A stretch of DNA of 64,000 bases from Candidatus Poribacteria bacterium (GTDB lineage: Bacteria > Poribacteria > WGA-4E > PCPOR2b). The notes under the pieces are model-generated. The model was not told the origin of the DNA and did no database searches. It saw only the letters and a list, made by a program, of their open reading frames with translations. The stretch covers positions 11,018 to 75,017 of the forward strand of contig OZ242335.1 of assembly GCA_965208425.1 (NCBI GenBank), read 5' to 3'. Position numbers and translations under genes: made by a program. Shown here one piece after another: positions 44,527 through 54,655 of this stretch (positions are counted from its first letter, which is position 1; each line of letters begins with the position of its first letter).

Positions 44527-45264
44527 TCAATTCTGATGATGGTTTTCATGAGCAATAAATTGCTGTAAAACCGGGTTATCGATCTTCCAAATTTCATCTG
44601 GGGTCCCATGAGCAATTACCTGACCTTGGTGTATCATTGCCATCCTTGTCCCGACTGAAAACGCACTCTCCATATCGTGTGTCACAACAACAGAAGTCAC
44701 TTGGAGCTTCTCATGCAGATCGCGTATGAGTCGATTAATTTCTAAGGCTGTTATCGGATCTAATCCCGTCGTCGGCTCATCGTATAGTATCACCTCTGGA
44801 TTGCACGCAATAGCCCGGGCGAGCCCGACCCGTTTTCGCATACCCCCACTGAGTTCTGCCGGCCTCAATTGCTGGGTGCCATCAAGCTGGACCAAATGCA
44901 GCTTTTCGGCAACAATTTCGTCAATTTCACGCTTACTCAGTTTCATGTGCTCGGAAACCATAAATCCAACATTTTCCGCAACAGTCATTGAGTCGAAAAG
45001 GGCAGCCGATTGGAAAAGCATACCGAGTTTTCGACGGGTCCGATTCAAGGTTTTTCGGGTGAGCGTGGTGATATCCTCGCCATCAATCCAGATTTTCCCT
45101 TGGTCTGGCTTCATTAACCCGGTAATCATTTTGAGCAGAACACTTTTCCCGCACCCACTCTGCCCCATAATGACCAATGTCTCGCCACGAGGGATGTAAA
45201 GCTCCAGCCCGGTGAGAACCTCTTTGTTATCAAAGTTTTTCCAAAGATCTTCAATCCAAATCAT
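44527..45264 (-). CDS. ABC transporter ATP-binding protein (MlaF-like)
   Basis: Walker A is GQSGCGKS, the signature is LSGGMRKR and Walker B is ILYDEPT. Confidence 0.9.
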   Translation of the reverse strand: MIWIEDLWKNFDNKEVLTGLELYIPRGETLVIMGQSGCGKSVLLKMITGLMKPDQGKIWIDGEDITTLTRKTLNRTRRKLGMLFQSAALFDSMTVAENVGFMVSEHMKLSKREIDEIVAEKLHLVQLDGTQQLRPAELSGGMRKRVGLARAIACNPEVILYDEPTTGLDPITALEINRLIRDLHEKLQVTSVVVTHDMESAFSVGTRMAMIHQGQVIAHGTPDEIWKIDNPVLQQFIAHENHHQN

Positions 45265-45348
45265 TTCACTTACAGCAGAATCACCGCACAGTTAGGCATA
45301 GGCAGCGCGTGTAACATTGATAGATTTCGCCTCTATGCGTTCCACCGG

Positions 45349-46209
45349 TTATTGCAACCCCCAAATTGTATGAAGCATCTGGTTTAAAAAAGCATCAAGA
45401 GCCAAGATGGTAACCAACGAAGTTACTGCTGAACCTGTTGTCGATTTGCCGACCCCTTCCGCACCGCCCGCTGAAGAGATTGTAAAACCCTTGTAGCAAC
45501 CTATCGAAGCAATCGCCATTCCAAACGCTGATGCCTTAATTAGACTGATAACAATACTACTAATAAATAAATTTGCTTGGGCTAGTTTGAGAAAAAAGAG
45601 ACCATTCATATCAAACAGAATTATGGCTGCGAGATAGCCCCCAGCAATGCCAAAAACAATCGCGAAAAGGGTCAGGATTGGTAGCATGATCGCACAAGCC
45701 AGAAAACGAGGAACGACGAGGTATTTGACCGGGTTAGTTGCCATGACCTCAAGGGCATCTATCTGTTCCGTCACCTTCATGGTACCCAGTTCCGCCGTAA
45801 TGGACGCACCGATTCGTCCGGCGAGAACAAAGGCAGTGACCATCGGTCCCAACTCTTTAACGACAGAGACCGTGACAAATTTACCCAATGTACCTTCCGC
45901 TGATAGCTGGATAAGCTGATGGTATCCCTGTGTTGCCAATACCATGCCAGTAAAAAGTCCAGAAATCAGCACTACCGATATTGAATTGACACCAATCAAA
46001 AACAACTGGTGGACCAGCAGTTTAAGTTGCAATGGGGGCCTAAACGCCAACGCCCAAGTCTCCCACACCAGCATTGTTGCGTTTCCAAGCCCAGATATCC
46101 AACTCAAGGCTCGGCCACCTGCAAAATCGATAAAGCGGATTAAGAAGTTGCGGGAATCGTATAGTGTCTGGCGTTGGATAGGAGATTGATCATTCATAGA
46201 GGGACGCAC
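45349..46209 (-). CDS. ABC transporter permease (MlaE-like)
   Basis: Polytopic membrane protein of typical MlaE length with the EID-type segment (TEQIDALEVMA). The start may instead be ATG 46197. Confidence 0.85.
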   Translation of the reverse strand: MRPSMNDQSPIQRQTLYDSRNFLIRFIDFAGGRALSWISGLGNATMLVWETWALAFRPPLQLKLLVHQLFLIGVNSISVVLISGLFTGMVLATQGYHQLIQLSAEGTLGKFVTVSVVKELGPMVTAFVLAGRIGASITAELGTMKVTEQIDALEVMATNPVKYLVVPRFLACAIMLPILTLFAIVFGIAGGYLAAIILFDMNGLFFLKLAQANLFISSIVISLIKASAFGMAIASIGCYKGFTISSAGGAEGVGKSTTGSAVTSLVTILALDAFLNQMLHTIWGLQ

Positions 46210-46271
46210 GGGCTGAAGGTCGCGAAAAACTTAAGGCTGCCTACATAAGGGGTTTAATTAGCCTGTCCCTA

Positions 46272-47603
46272 CTAATAGGACATGTTGGCAAACCGCATCT
46301 GTGTTTTATTGAATTCTAATCTGACTGTACCTGTGGGTCCATTGCGTTGCTTTTTGATAAGCAGATCGGCAGTTCCTTGGTCATCTGCAGCTTCATCGTA
46401 ATAGTCTTCTCGATACAAGAACGCAACCAAATCGGCGTCTTGCTCAATAGCTCCAGATTCCCGTAAATCGGATAAGAGCGGACGTCTATCCGGACGTTTC
46501 TCAACCTCACGACTTAGTTGAGAACACGCAATAATCGGTGTATCCAGTTCCCAAGCAAGCGTCTTGAGCGCACGTGAAATATCAGAAATTTCTTCTACCC
46601 GTCCGGTATATCGGCCCGAACCACTCAGCAGCTGCAAATAATCAACGATAATTACCGCGAGATCGTCGTGTTCGCCTTTCAAACGACGCCCCTCTGCACG
46701 CAGCGTCTGTACAGTCACCCCTCTTGTATCATTAATAAAAATTGGCACGGACATTAAGCTACTGACCGCCTGCGTCAAGCCTGTCCAGTCTTCGCCCGTT
46801 AAGTTGCCAGTACGAAGGTGCCCAAAGTTAATTTGGGCTTCAGCAGCCAACATCCGCAATAGCACCTGCTGTGTGGGCATCTCAAGGCTAAATATTGCGA
46901 CCGGTAGTTCCTGCTCAATCGCAATATTCTGAGCCATATTCAGTACTAACGTACTTTTACCCATGCTGGGACGCGCCGCAATAATAATTAAATCACCACG
47001 CTGCAGCCCCGAAGTCATTAGATCAAAATCGGTAAAGCCCGTCGGTATACCGACGTATTGGTCCTGTTTATGGAAGAGTTGCTCGATCCCTGCCAAGGTC
47101 TCCTTGACAATCGAACCGACTGATACAAATCCTTGGTCATCATCCGCCTGACCAAGACGAAAGACCCCTTCCTGGGCTTGATCCAGCACATCCCGGAGTT
47201 CCTGATCCTGGTCACGTGCTAGATTGCTGATCTGCTCCCCTGTTTGCACCAACTGCCGGCGTGTCGATTTCTCTCGAACAAGCTGCCCATAGAACTCGGT
47301 GCTTTCCGTTTCGACAATCCGGGCTTGTAGATCATAGAGGTAGAGATCACCACCCGCTCGATTGAGTTCATTTTTTCTTTCGAGCTCATCCGACACGAGG
47401 AGCGGATCCACCTTGTTATGACGCTCATAGACCGCAAGAATCGCCGCATAAATGAGCTGATGATCCGCAGTAAAAAAATCCTCCGAAGTATGACCGAGAA
47501 TAGCAATCACGCGGGGAATCACTGCGCTATCGACCATCATTGATCCAAGCACAGCTTGCTCTGCTTCCCTGTCGTGAAGGAGTTCCGTAGTTTTGGTATT
47601 CAT
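46272..47603 (-). CDS. dnaB: replicative DNA helicase
   Basis: 443 aa. N-terminus is EAEQAVLGSM, Walker A is ARPSMGKST, and IIVDYLQL and SQLSR are present. Confidence 0.95.
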   Translation of the reverse strand: MNTKTTELLHDREAEQAVLGSMMVDSAVIPRVIAILGHTSEDFFTADHQLIYAAILAVYERHNKVDPLLVSDELERKNELNRAGGDLYLYDLQARIVETESTEFYGQLVREKSTRRQLVQTGEQISNLARDQDQELRDVLDQAQEGVFRLGQADDDQGFVSVGSIVKETLAGIEQLFHKQDQYVGIPTGFTDFDLMTSGLQRGDLIIIAARPSMGKSTLVLNMAQNIAIEQELPVAIFSLEMPTQQVLLRMLAAEAQINFGHLRTGNLTGEDWTGLTQAVSSLMSVPIFINDTRGVTVQTLRAEGRRLKGEHDDLAVIIVDYLQLLSGSGRYTGRVEEISDISRALKTLAWELDTPIIACSQLSREVEKRPDRRPLLSDLRESGAIEQDADLVAFLYREDYYDEAADDQGTADLLIKKQRNGPTGTVRLEFNKTQMRFANMSY

Positions 47604-47641
47604 CGTTCAATCCGGAGTTTATGACTGGTGAAGTCAGTTTG

Positions 47642-48094
47642 TCAAGATGACTCTTCACGAACAACAACAATCTGAATATCTGCGGCAACGTCAGCATGAA
47701 ATCGGATGGGAACCGTGAAAACACCGAGCTCTCTAATCGGTTCGTCTAGTTCAATATTCCGCCGATCCACTTCAATATCCTGGCTCGCCAGTGCTTCCGC
47801 GATATCCATTGAGGTAATCGATCCAAAAAGCCGATCGTTTTCCCCAGCGCGCCTTTGGATTGTACAAGTGACTTCTGCGATACGGCTTGCGAGTTCTTCA
47901 GCCCTTACTCTTGCTTTTTCACCTTGGGCTGCTAGCAACTGTCGTTCATGCTCAAGCATCCGTCGGTTTTTTTCCGTCGCTCGAACTGCAAGTTGCATGG
48001 GGATGAGATAGTTACGTGCATAACCGTTGGCAACTGTTAAAATGTCCCCCTCATCCCCGAGCGTTTCAACGCTTTTTTTAAGAATAACTTCCAT
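47642..48094 (-). CDS. rplI: 50S ribosomal protein L9
   Basis: 150 aa. MEVILKKSVETLGDEGDILTVANGYARNYLIP is canonical L9. Confidence 0.95.
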   Translation of the reverse strand: MEVILKKSVETLGDEGDILTVANGYARNYLIPMQLAVRATEKNRRMLEHERQLLAAQGEKARVRAEELASRIAEVTCTIQRRAGENDRLFGSITSMDIAEALASQDIEVDRRNIELDEPIRELGVFTVPIRFHADVAADIQIVVVREESS

Positions 48095-48182
48095 AGAATG
48101 CCTCTCAATTTTTATACCTAAGAATTTTCGCAGGCAGTAAGAGTCGGAAGACTGTTACGTACAGTTTCTCACCCATACTGAT

Positions 48183-48515
48183 CTACTGTTGTGTTGTAAA
48201 AGGCAGTAAGGCTATGTCACGCGCGCGTTTGATAGCTCTTGTTACCTCCCTTTGGCGCTTCGCGCAGTTTCCCGAAACTCGTCGTGGTAGAATTTTACCG
48301 CGGTCTGTCATAAAATTTCTAAGCAATTCAATATTCTTATAATCAATGGAATCTACCTTTCTCGGGCACTTTCCCGTGCAAAATCGACACCGTTTGCGAC
48401 GTCCTCTTCGATAGGGCGTTTCACGGTTACCTCTTAAGTTGTCACGGTTACCTCTTAAGTTGTCACGGGTATCTCTTGTGTTACCCCGTCTGTCACCCCG
48501 TTGTTCCCTTGCCAC
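48183..48515 (-). CDS. rpsR: 30S ribosomal protein S18 with Arg-rich repetitive N-terminal extension
   Basis: The C-terminal 70 aa or so (CRFC..IDYKN..LL..F....GKILPRR.SG.CAK.QR.V..AIKRAR..ALLP) is canonical S18. The N-terminus is [22 protein letters not shown] start. Confidence 0.9.
   Translation of the reverse strand: MAREQRGDRRGNTRDTRDNLRGNRDNLRGNRETPYRRGRRKRCRFCTGKCPRKVDSIDYKNIELLRNFMTDRGKILPRRVSGNCAKRQREVTRAIKRARDIALLPFTTQQ
48421..48483. repeat. 21-nt in-frame tandem repeat inside rpsR 5' region
   Basis: tcacggttacctcttaagttg occurs twice exactly, followed by one degenerate copy. Confidence 0.9.
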
Positions 48516-48546
48516 AATTTTAATCCTCCAATTTGTAATACAGAAG

Positions 48547-48575
48547 AAAAGCGGGCATTGACCGCGCCCGCTTTT
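48547..48575 (-). terminator. rho-independent-type hairpin between ssb and rpsR
   Basis: aaaagcgggc-attgaccgc-gcccgctttt. The GC stem has A/T runs on both sides, so it could act bidirectionally. Confidence 0.5.
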
Positions 48576-48613
48576 GATTCCTCATGTTCGTTAATTTTAT
48601 ACAGCGGTTAATC

Positions 48614-49063
48614 TCAGAAAGGAATGTCGTCGTCAGTCGTCGACGGTCCCTGTTCTCCGGAAAATTCGGGTGATGAGGGCATTGAGCCGGGGGATGCTTG
48701 ATCGTAAGCACCACCACCCTCGCCATCTTGACGACCACCGACCAATTGAACCCTTTCGGCAACGACATCTAGCTTGCTGCGTCTTTGACCATCATCGGTT
48801 TCCCATGAATTGAAATTCAGTCGTCCTTCAAGGAAAACAGGGCTACCTTTTCTTAAGTATTCATTACAGACTTCTGCTTGTCTTGCCCACGCGGTTATAT
48901 CGACAAAACAAACATCTTCCTTTCTTTCACCAGACTGACGATCGTTGTAAACACGGTTGACGGCAATTCCAAAGTTCGCGACTGCTGCTCCGCTAGGAAG
49001 ATATCTCAGCTCTGGGTCACGGGTAAGGTTTCCCATAAGTATAACCTTGTTGTAGCTTGCCAT
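48614..49063 (-). CDS. ssb: single-stranded DNA-binding protein
   Basis: [21 protein letters not shown] forms the OB fold start. A Gly-rich linker leads to the acidic tail DDDIPF. Confidence 0.95.
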   Translation of the reverse strand: MASYNKVILMGNLTRDPELRYLPSGAAVANFGIAVNRVYNDRQSGERKEDVCFVDITAWARQAEVCNEYLRKGSPVFLEGRLNFNSWETDDGQRRSKLDVVAERVQLVGGRQDGEGGGAYDQASPGSMPSSPEFSGEQGPSTTDDDIPF

Positions 49064-49121
49064 GATTATCGTCTCCTTATGCTTTGGCTGATGCTCTCTT
49101 TATCAGCCGTATCAATAAGCA

Positions 49122-49529
49122 TTAAATGTATTTATTCTGGTCTTCGTCTTCGCTCTCAATATCTTCAAAAGAACGAGCATCTGTCGAGTCGCTTTCTTCT
49201 TCCTGTGCTGCCGACGGATGGTCCGGAGTAGATGTGGTTAGATCCCCTTCAAATTGCACAACGATATGCTTGATAATCAATTCCGTAATTCGATAGTGAC
49301 CATTCAGTTGCGTTACAAACTCAGGGCTACTTTCAAACACGATCAACACATAATAGCCATCATTGTGTTGCTTCACAGCATAAGCGAGCCTTTTCTTCCC
49401 CCATGGATCTACCTTTAGAACCTTACCTCCACCAGATTGGATAGCCGTCTTGACGCCTTCAATAACGCCATCTGTTTGGCTTTCATCTATATCTGGGTTA
49501 ATAATAAAAATTGTTTCGTATTGACGCAC
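49122..49529 (-). CDS. rpsF: 30S ribosomal protein S6
   Basis: MRQYETIFIINPD..WGKKRLAY is canonical S6, followed by an acidic C-terminal tail. GTG start. Confidence 0.9.
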   Translation of the reverse strand: MRQYETIFIINPDIDESQTDGVIEGVKTAIQSGGGKVLKVDPWGKKRLAYAVKQHNDGYYVLIVFESSPEFVTQLNGHYRITELIIKHIVVQFEGDLTTSTPDHPSAAQEEESDSTDARSFEDIESEDEDQNKYI

Positions 49530-49836
49530 TGCTCTCGTACCTCCCTGTGGACGAATGGCTCCAATTTAAATTTTGACTGATATTTACTCGCAGAGAAAAA
49601 ATCTCCTGCATCTCCCTCATAATAACAATAGCAGAATTCATAATCAGTCAACGATGGAGCAGAGATTGGTTAAATTATACCATAATTCGCTTGCTTTATC
49701 AACCGTTTTTAGTTGGACGCATAAATATGTAATAAAAGCAGATTCCTATGGACAACATCCGGCTCACTGGCTATAATTTGTGTGGCTGTAATGGTATGGA
49801 TTCACACCCCATCCTTAGTTGAAAGGAACAACGACA

Positions 49837-50907
49837 ATGTTATCCAAAACCTGTTTTTGCCGTGGCGTTGGGATTTTGTTCATTATCACAATTGGTTGTC
49901 AGACCCAAACTTTACAAAGCCCGATCTTTGAACCGCCTCCCGAACTAATCAACTTTGCGCTTCTCAACAAGGGGGCAGCGGCTGAAGCTTCACAATACCT
50001 CCCCAACCACCTCCCCGAAGAAGTGATTGATGGAGACATCTCTTCGGAAACATGGGATGAAGGCAGCGGTTGGGGGTGTACTCTGGAACATCTACGTACC
50101 TCAGACCTAAACAGACGACCATATGTGCGAATCAACCTGCCTGAACCCGTTGACATCCGGCAAATTGTTATGTACACAATCGATTCCGAACAGTATCCCG
50201 CTGCACAGTATGGTCTTAAAGACTACCGGATTGAATATTGGCACGGTACAGGCTGGGGATTGATTCCAACAGGCGATACGAAAGATAGGCAGTACACAGC
50301 AAGGGATAACACCAAAGGAAAACGGGTGCATGACATTCGTGGCAAGCTGTTTGCCCAACACATCCGCCTTGTACCTGTGTCAACTAATGATACGGAACGG
50401 GTTTATCAGTATATGTCGCGGGAAAAACCTGTTTATGAAGTCAAAGGGCTGGGGCGGGTCATGGAATTGGAAGTGTGGGGATATCCAATAGCAACGGGTC
50501 AGACAGCACAGAAGTTTGCTCAAGCATTTGCCCCACAGGCAGAGGTGCCATCGAGTGACGAGAAATTGATAAAGATGGTGTTAACGCAATATGAGGAAGG
50601 ATACGATAGCACCAATCTTAAGAAGGTTATGTCTTGCTTCTCAACAAACTACAATTCCAATGGGCGAACATATAACGATATCCAAACCAGAGCTGCTGAT
50701 TTTTTTCAAAAACATCATCAGATCAACATGACACTGACAGAGATCAACCTCCACCGGAACTTAATTGATGAGACTGTCGTTGTCAGTGGAATCTACGTAC
50801 TTCAGTATACACCGAGAGACAATGGAAAAGCCGAACGGACTTTCGGTGAGCTTTCGTTGGTCTTAGCAGACACAGAGGAAGGATGGAAAATCATCCGCGC
50901 TAACTAA
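49837..50907 (+). CDS. discoidin-like lipoprotein (paralog family member 3) with C-terminal NTF2/SnoaL-like domain
   Basis: Lipobox ITIGC with an IDGD..S motif. The IRLVPVS...ELEVWGY layout matches 36056 and 36945. The C-terminal 120 aa resemble a DUF4440/NTF2-like fold (weak call). Confidence 0.5.
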   Translation: MLSKTCFCRGVGILFIITIGCQTQTLQSPIFEPPPELINFALLNKGAAAEASQYLPNHLPEEVIDGDISSETWDEGSGWGCTLEHLRTSDLNRRPYVRINLPEPVDIRQIVMYTIDSEQYPAAQYGLKDYRIEYWHGTGWGLIPTGDTKDRQYTARDNTKGKRVHDIRGKLFAQHIRLVPVSTNDTERVYQYMSREKPVYEVKGLGRVMELEVWGYPIATGQTAQKFAQAFAPQAEVPSSDEKLIKMVLTQYEEGYDSTNLKKVMSCFSTNYNSNGRTYNDIQTRAADFFQKHHQINMTLTEINLHRNLIDETVVVSGIYVLQYTPRDNGKAERTFGELSLVLADTEEGWKIIRAN

Positions 50908-50932
50908 CCAGCGCGGAAACTTCCCTAATCCG

Positions 50933-52189
50933 TTACGGATTGGAGTCTTCATCGTCCCGGTAGGGCGCAAGGACATCATCGACAGGACGGGTTTGGGGAA
51001 ACCACGAAACGACTTTGCACAGTACCTCATCAAGCAAGGCATCGGGACAAGAGGCCCCAGCGGTCAGGATAATATCAATGGGACCATCATCAGCGGGATG
51101 CATCGGCAGCCAATCGGTCGTTTCGCACACAGTTTTTGCGTGAATGTCCCAGTGATGGATCGATCGAGGTGATTTGATCTCCTCGGCATCACGGACGAAG
51201 TACGTCGGCATTTTACCCTCAAACAACTCGACAAGGTGGCTGGTATTGGAGGAATTGTATCCCCCCACTACCAAGGCTAAGTCGCCGCGGTCTGCGATGA
51301 GAGCGAGTGTTGCGTCCTGATTCTCTTTGGTCGCGTAGCAGAGCGTGTCCTTGGTATCGGCAAAATGTTCGTCAATACGCTCCTCACCGTATCGGTCTGC
51401 CATCGCCCCCCGAAGTAGGTCGGCAATCGCCTGCGTCTCGGTCGCCAACATCGTCGTCTGGTTGACAACCCCAATACGTTTCAGATCACGATCCGGCTCA
51501 AAGCCGGGGGAGTAGCCATTAGCAAAATATTCAAAGAAAAACGCTCGGTCAGCTTCCCCGCATATCACTTTAGCCAAGTTCTTCGCCTCAACCAGATCCA
51601 GCACAACCACGACGGGCGCTTCCGATTTCGCATGGGAAAATGTCGCTCGCGTCTCCTCGTGGTATCGCTTGCCGTGCACTACAATAGTGTAATCTTGCCT
51701 GCCAATCTCCTCACTTTTCTTCCACACCTTTTCCACAAAAGGACAGGTTGTATTGTATGCGTAGGGGTTAATGCCACGTTCATTCAGTTCAGATTGTATT
51801 TCCAGTGTCGTTCCAAAGGCAGGCACAATAACCACATCTTCGGGCATCAATTCATCGAAAGGGATTAATGGCTTACCCGATGTTTCGCAGAGGAACTGCA
51901 CCCCCCGTTCACGGAGATCTGTGTTGACGTGAGGATTGTGAATCATCTCAGACAGCAGAAAGATTCGCTTATCCGGATTTTCGTCCAGTGCCCGGTAGGC
52001 AATTTCGATTGCGTTTTCCACACCGTAGCAGAATCCAAAGTGACGTGCAATCTTAAAACGCACCGGACCAAAGTCCAAAACGGAAGGGGCAAGATCACGT
52101 TTGCGAGGGTCGATCCCCCGGCGTGCTTGCTTCACCATAGAAATGATAGGGCTTCGGTAAAAAAGGGGGACGTTAAATTCTCTTGGCAT
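50933..52189 (-). CDS. ispH: 4-hydroxy-3-methylbut-2-enyl diphosphate reductase (long, cyanobacterial/plant-like form)
   Basis: 418 aa. FGFCYGVENAI, VHGKRYHEE, NQTTM and SSNTSHL are IspH hallmarks. Confidence 0.85.
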   Translation of the reverse strand: MPREFNVPLFYRSPIISMVKQARRGIDPRKRDLAPSVLDFGPVRFKIARHFGFCYGVENAIEIAYRALDENPDKRIFLLSEMIHNPHVNTDLRERGVQFLCETSGKPLIPFDELMPEDVVIVPAFGTTLEIQSELNERGINPYAYNTTCPFVEKVWKKSEEIGRQDYTIVVHGKRYHEETRATFSHAKSEAPVVVVLDLVEAKNLAKVICGEADRAFFFEYFANGYSPGFEPDRDLKRIGVVNQTTMLATETQAIADLLRGAMADRYGEERIDEHFADTKDTLCYATKENQDATLALIADRGDLALVVGGYNSSNTSHLVELFEGKMPTYFVRDAEEIKSPRSIHHWDIHAKTVCETTDWLPMHPADDGPIDIILTAGASCPDALLDEVLCKVVSWFPQTRPVDDVLAPYRDDEDSNP

Positions 52190-52363
52190 TTCTCACCGTT
52201 CCCACGGTTGGCTCTGCCATATGAAGATTAATTTATTAATTGGGTAATCCCGATTTTCCTTGAAACATAGGGTAGGCGCGGTTTTCAACCGCGCTGGCGT
52301 CGATAGCAAATTACCCGTTTAATTTCTTAAAACTCATTAGGCAGAGTCACTTGCCGGGCACAC

Positions 52364-52981
52364 CTATTTTAATTGGCCCTTGAAAAAATCTGGAGGATTG
52401 GTTGGTTTTATTGGGTTGATAAACTCTTGAAGGACAGCAGGTGGCGGTAATTCTATGATCGAATACTCGAGAATATTACCATTCGGTCTCACAGTATCAA
52501 TTATGTAGCTCCCATCCAAAGCCATAGCTCGGTTAAGAGATGCACGTGATAAAAATCCTTCACCTTTGAGGGAATAGACATCGGCGAGTAAGTAGTGTGC
52601 CTCGACGAAGCTAGGGGCAATCTGGATCGCTTTTTTGAAGGCTACAACGGCTTTGTCAAGTTTACCCTGCTCCAAGTAGGAAGCTCCAAGATTCTTATAT
52701 ACCACAGATTCGCTTGTTGCACCAAGATCTGCGAGCTCCAACTGAAATTTTGTACTCTGCTGAATCAACTGATCAATTTCTTCATCAAAGAAGTAGAGTT
52801 CTCTATTGTCGGTTCGCACTAGGAACGAGGGGGTGGTTTCTTTGCCTCGAAAACGTTGACCAGAAATGCGATCTGTTTTGACGACAACTGCTTCCTTATG
52901 CTTCTCTAGATTATTAGCACCTTTACAGGCAGACAGAAGATAACAGATCCCAACGCAAAAAGCGATAAATAACGTTCTCAT
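52364..52981 (-). CDS. TPR-containing lipoprotein carrying a gyrB-insert-like module
   Basis: Lipobox LLSAC with a TPR in the C-terminal half (LGASYLEQGKLDKAVVAFKKAIQIAP). The N-terminal DRISGQRFRGKETTPSFLVRTD... matches GyrB residues encoded at 61365-61544. Confidence 0.6.
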   Translation of the reverse strand: MRTLFIAFCVGICYLLSACKGANNLEKHKEAVVVKTDRISGQRFRGKETTPSFLVRTDNRELYFFDEEIDQLIQQSTKFQLELADLGATSESVVYKNLGASYLEQGKLDKAVVAFKKAIQIAPSFVEAHYLLADVYSLKGEGFLSRASLNRAMALDGSYIIDTVRPNGNILEYSIIELPPPAVLQEFINPIKPTNPPDFFKGQLK

Positions 52982-52996
52982 TTCGCTGCCTCCCTC

Positions 52997-54004
52997 TCAT
53001 TCGCTAAAAACCTTTGTAATCTCGTCCGTCTCAAAAATAGGGAGTGGACAACGCTGGCTATCCGTCTCGATCCAGCAACCACTTTCCGGTGGTCGCAACT
53101 GACCGATAATTTGACAGGGGATATTGCGTTCAATAATCGCCGACACAATCTCGTTGCTTTTCGTGGGGTCCGCCGCAATCAGTAACGCACCAGAGGAGAT
53201 AATCCCTAGCGGATTCAGATCTAATTCATGACAGAGTTGCGCTGTTTCATCTGATATGAGTAGCGCATCTTGCCAGACAACCACCCCCAAGTTCGCAGCA
53301 TGTGCTAGCTCGTGGATGGCTGTCGCGACACCACCTTCTGTCGGATCGTGCATTGCATGGACACCACCAGTTTCAACAGCAATCAGTGCATCCTCCAGCA
53401 CTGAAATTCCCGGCGAGGTCAAATACTGCTTTGCTCGATCGAGAAAGGCGGAGGAAAACTTCGCCAATAGATCGGCTTCACACTCGCGGGCGATGATTGA
53501 CGTGGCTTCAATGCCAAGCCCTTTCGTCAATATTAGATCATCCCCCGCCTGTGCCCCCGATGACAGGATTAACTTGTCCTTGGCGACTTCACCGAGCATT
53601 TGCCCAATGACAATTGGTCTATCTAAACCGTAAGTAATCTCAGTGTGACCGCCACACAACGTAATGCCAAAATGATTACATGCGGCGTTAATTTGTTCCA
53701 TTATACGGCGAACCGACGCTTCAGTTGTCCGGTTTTCCGGTAGAAGAATTGTCGTCAACAGCCATTTTGGAACTGCCCCCATCGTTGCAATATCGTTGCT
53801 GTTGACGCAGATAAGATACCAGCCAATCTCATCGGTTGCAAAGGTAATCGGATCTGTTTTAGCAACCAGATACGATTCGCCGAAATCTATTACAGCAGCG
53901 TCCTCTCCAATTTTCGGTCCAACAATGACACGAGTATCCTGACTCGGTTGCGGTAAAAGCTGCTCCAGCAGATCAATCTTGAGTTTTCCGAGGGGCAATG
54001 CCAT
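52997..54004 (-). CDS. AIR synthase-related (PurM/HypE/ThiL superfamily) protein
   Basis: 335 aa. GEDAAVI, VAKTDPITF, NDIATMGA and GGHTE are superfamily motifs. Confidence 0.7.
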   Translation of the reverse strand: MALPLGKLKIDLLEQLLPQPSQDTRVIVGPKIGEDAAVIDFGESYLVAKTDPITFATDEIGWYLICVNSNDIATMGAVPKWLLTTILLPENRTTEASVRRIMEQINAACNHFGITLCGGHTEITYGLDRPIVIGQMLGEVAKDKLILSSGAQAGDDLILTKGLGIEATSIIARECEADLLAKFSSAFLDRAKQYLTSPGISVLEDALIAVETGGVHAMHDPTEGGVATAIHELAHAANLGVVVWQDALLISDETAQLCHELDLNPLGIISSGALLIAADPTKSNEIVSAIIERNIPCQIIGQLRPPESGCWIETDSQRCPLPIFETDEITKVFSE

Positions 54005-54018
54005 TGGTGTAAATCCTG

Positions 54019-54153
54019 TTAAGCGGTGAGGATTTTTCGACCTCTTGCACGACGTTGAGAGAGGATCTTGCGGCCATCCCGCGTAGCCATCCGTTTACGA
54101 AACCCAAACTTATTTTTTCGTTTGCGACGGTGGGGTTGATATGTACGTTTCAT
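54019..54153 (-). CDS. rpmH: 50S ribosomal protein L34
   Basis: 44 aa, absent from the track because it is under 60 aa. [44 protein letters not shown] is canonical L34. Confidence 0.95.
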   Translation of the reverse strand: MKRTYQPHRRKRKNKFGFRKRMATRDGRKILSQRRARGRKILTA

Positions 54154-54298
54154 CGAAATCTTCGCTGTGGAAACCCCGTTTTTTAAGGCGGGGAGGAAAC
54201 AGCACTCCTTTTTAGATATAGTTAAAGTTTAGTTGGCACGGGATTGCGAGCCTCGCCCTTTAGGACGGGGTTATTGACCAGTACCTGCTCCTAACTAT

Positions 54299-54433
54299 GG
54301 TAGATTTTAGAATTACTGAGACACTCCCAATGCACAACCAACCCCCTAAATCCCCCTTATCAGGGGGACTTTGGAAACTTCGCGACGGTCAGAGTTATTG
54401 GTAATGTCCACTTATTTCTCTAATTCACCATAA
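54299..54433. repeat. type D dispersed element in the rpmH-dnaA spacer
   Basis: ggtagattttagaattactgagacac ... aaccccctaaatcccccttatcagggggactt ... gtccacttatttctctaattcaccataa. Confidence 0.85.
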
Positions 54434-54531
54434 TTTTATTTTTTTTTACAATCAACTCAAAGCGAAGGAATGATAGTCTATCAGGTTAGGATTTGTCAAG
54501 CCTTTTTCCCGCGGATAGATCGGATTTTGGC

Positions 54532-54561
54532 TTGATTTTACACCATGTTTTATGATATACT
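54532..54561 (+). promoter_or_regulatory. possible sigma-70 promoter for dnaA
   Basis: TTGATT-18 nt-TATACT. It lies upstream of the DnaA-box cluster and of dnaA. Confidence 0.3.
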
Positions 54562-54624
54562 ACATCGGACTTTTTTACGAATAGAAACTAAATCTAATCC
54601 TCCTCTCTCTATAGGTAAACGATT

Positions 54625-54655
54625 TGTGGACAGTTTGTGGATAACCTGTGGATAA
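54625..54655. promoter_or_regulatory. DnaA-box cluster upstream of dnaA
   Basis: tgtggacag (54625), tgtggataa (54636) and tgtggataa (54647). The consensus is TGTGGATAA (TTATCCACA). Confidence 0.8.

Noticed and set aside
52261-52300. Hairpin aggcgcggttttcaaccgcgctgg as a terminator for the TPR lipoprotein gene
   Set aside because: The stem is good, but no U-tract follows on the minus (coding) strand. It may be another small palindromic repeat, so I did not list it as a feature.
54243-54257. Sigma-54-like promoter TGGCACgggaTTGCG in the rpmH-dnaA spacer
   Set aside because: The GG to GC spacing is one nucleotide short (9 instead of 10 intervening nt). There is no nearby UAS and no appropriately oriented gene start.
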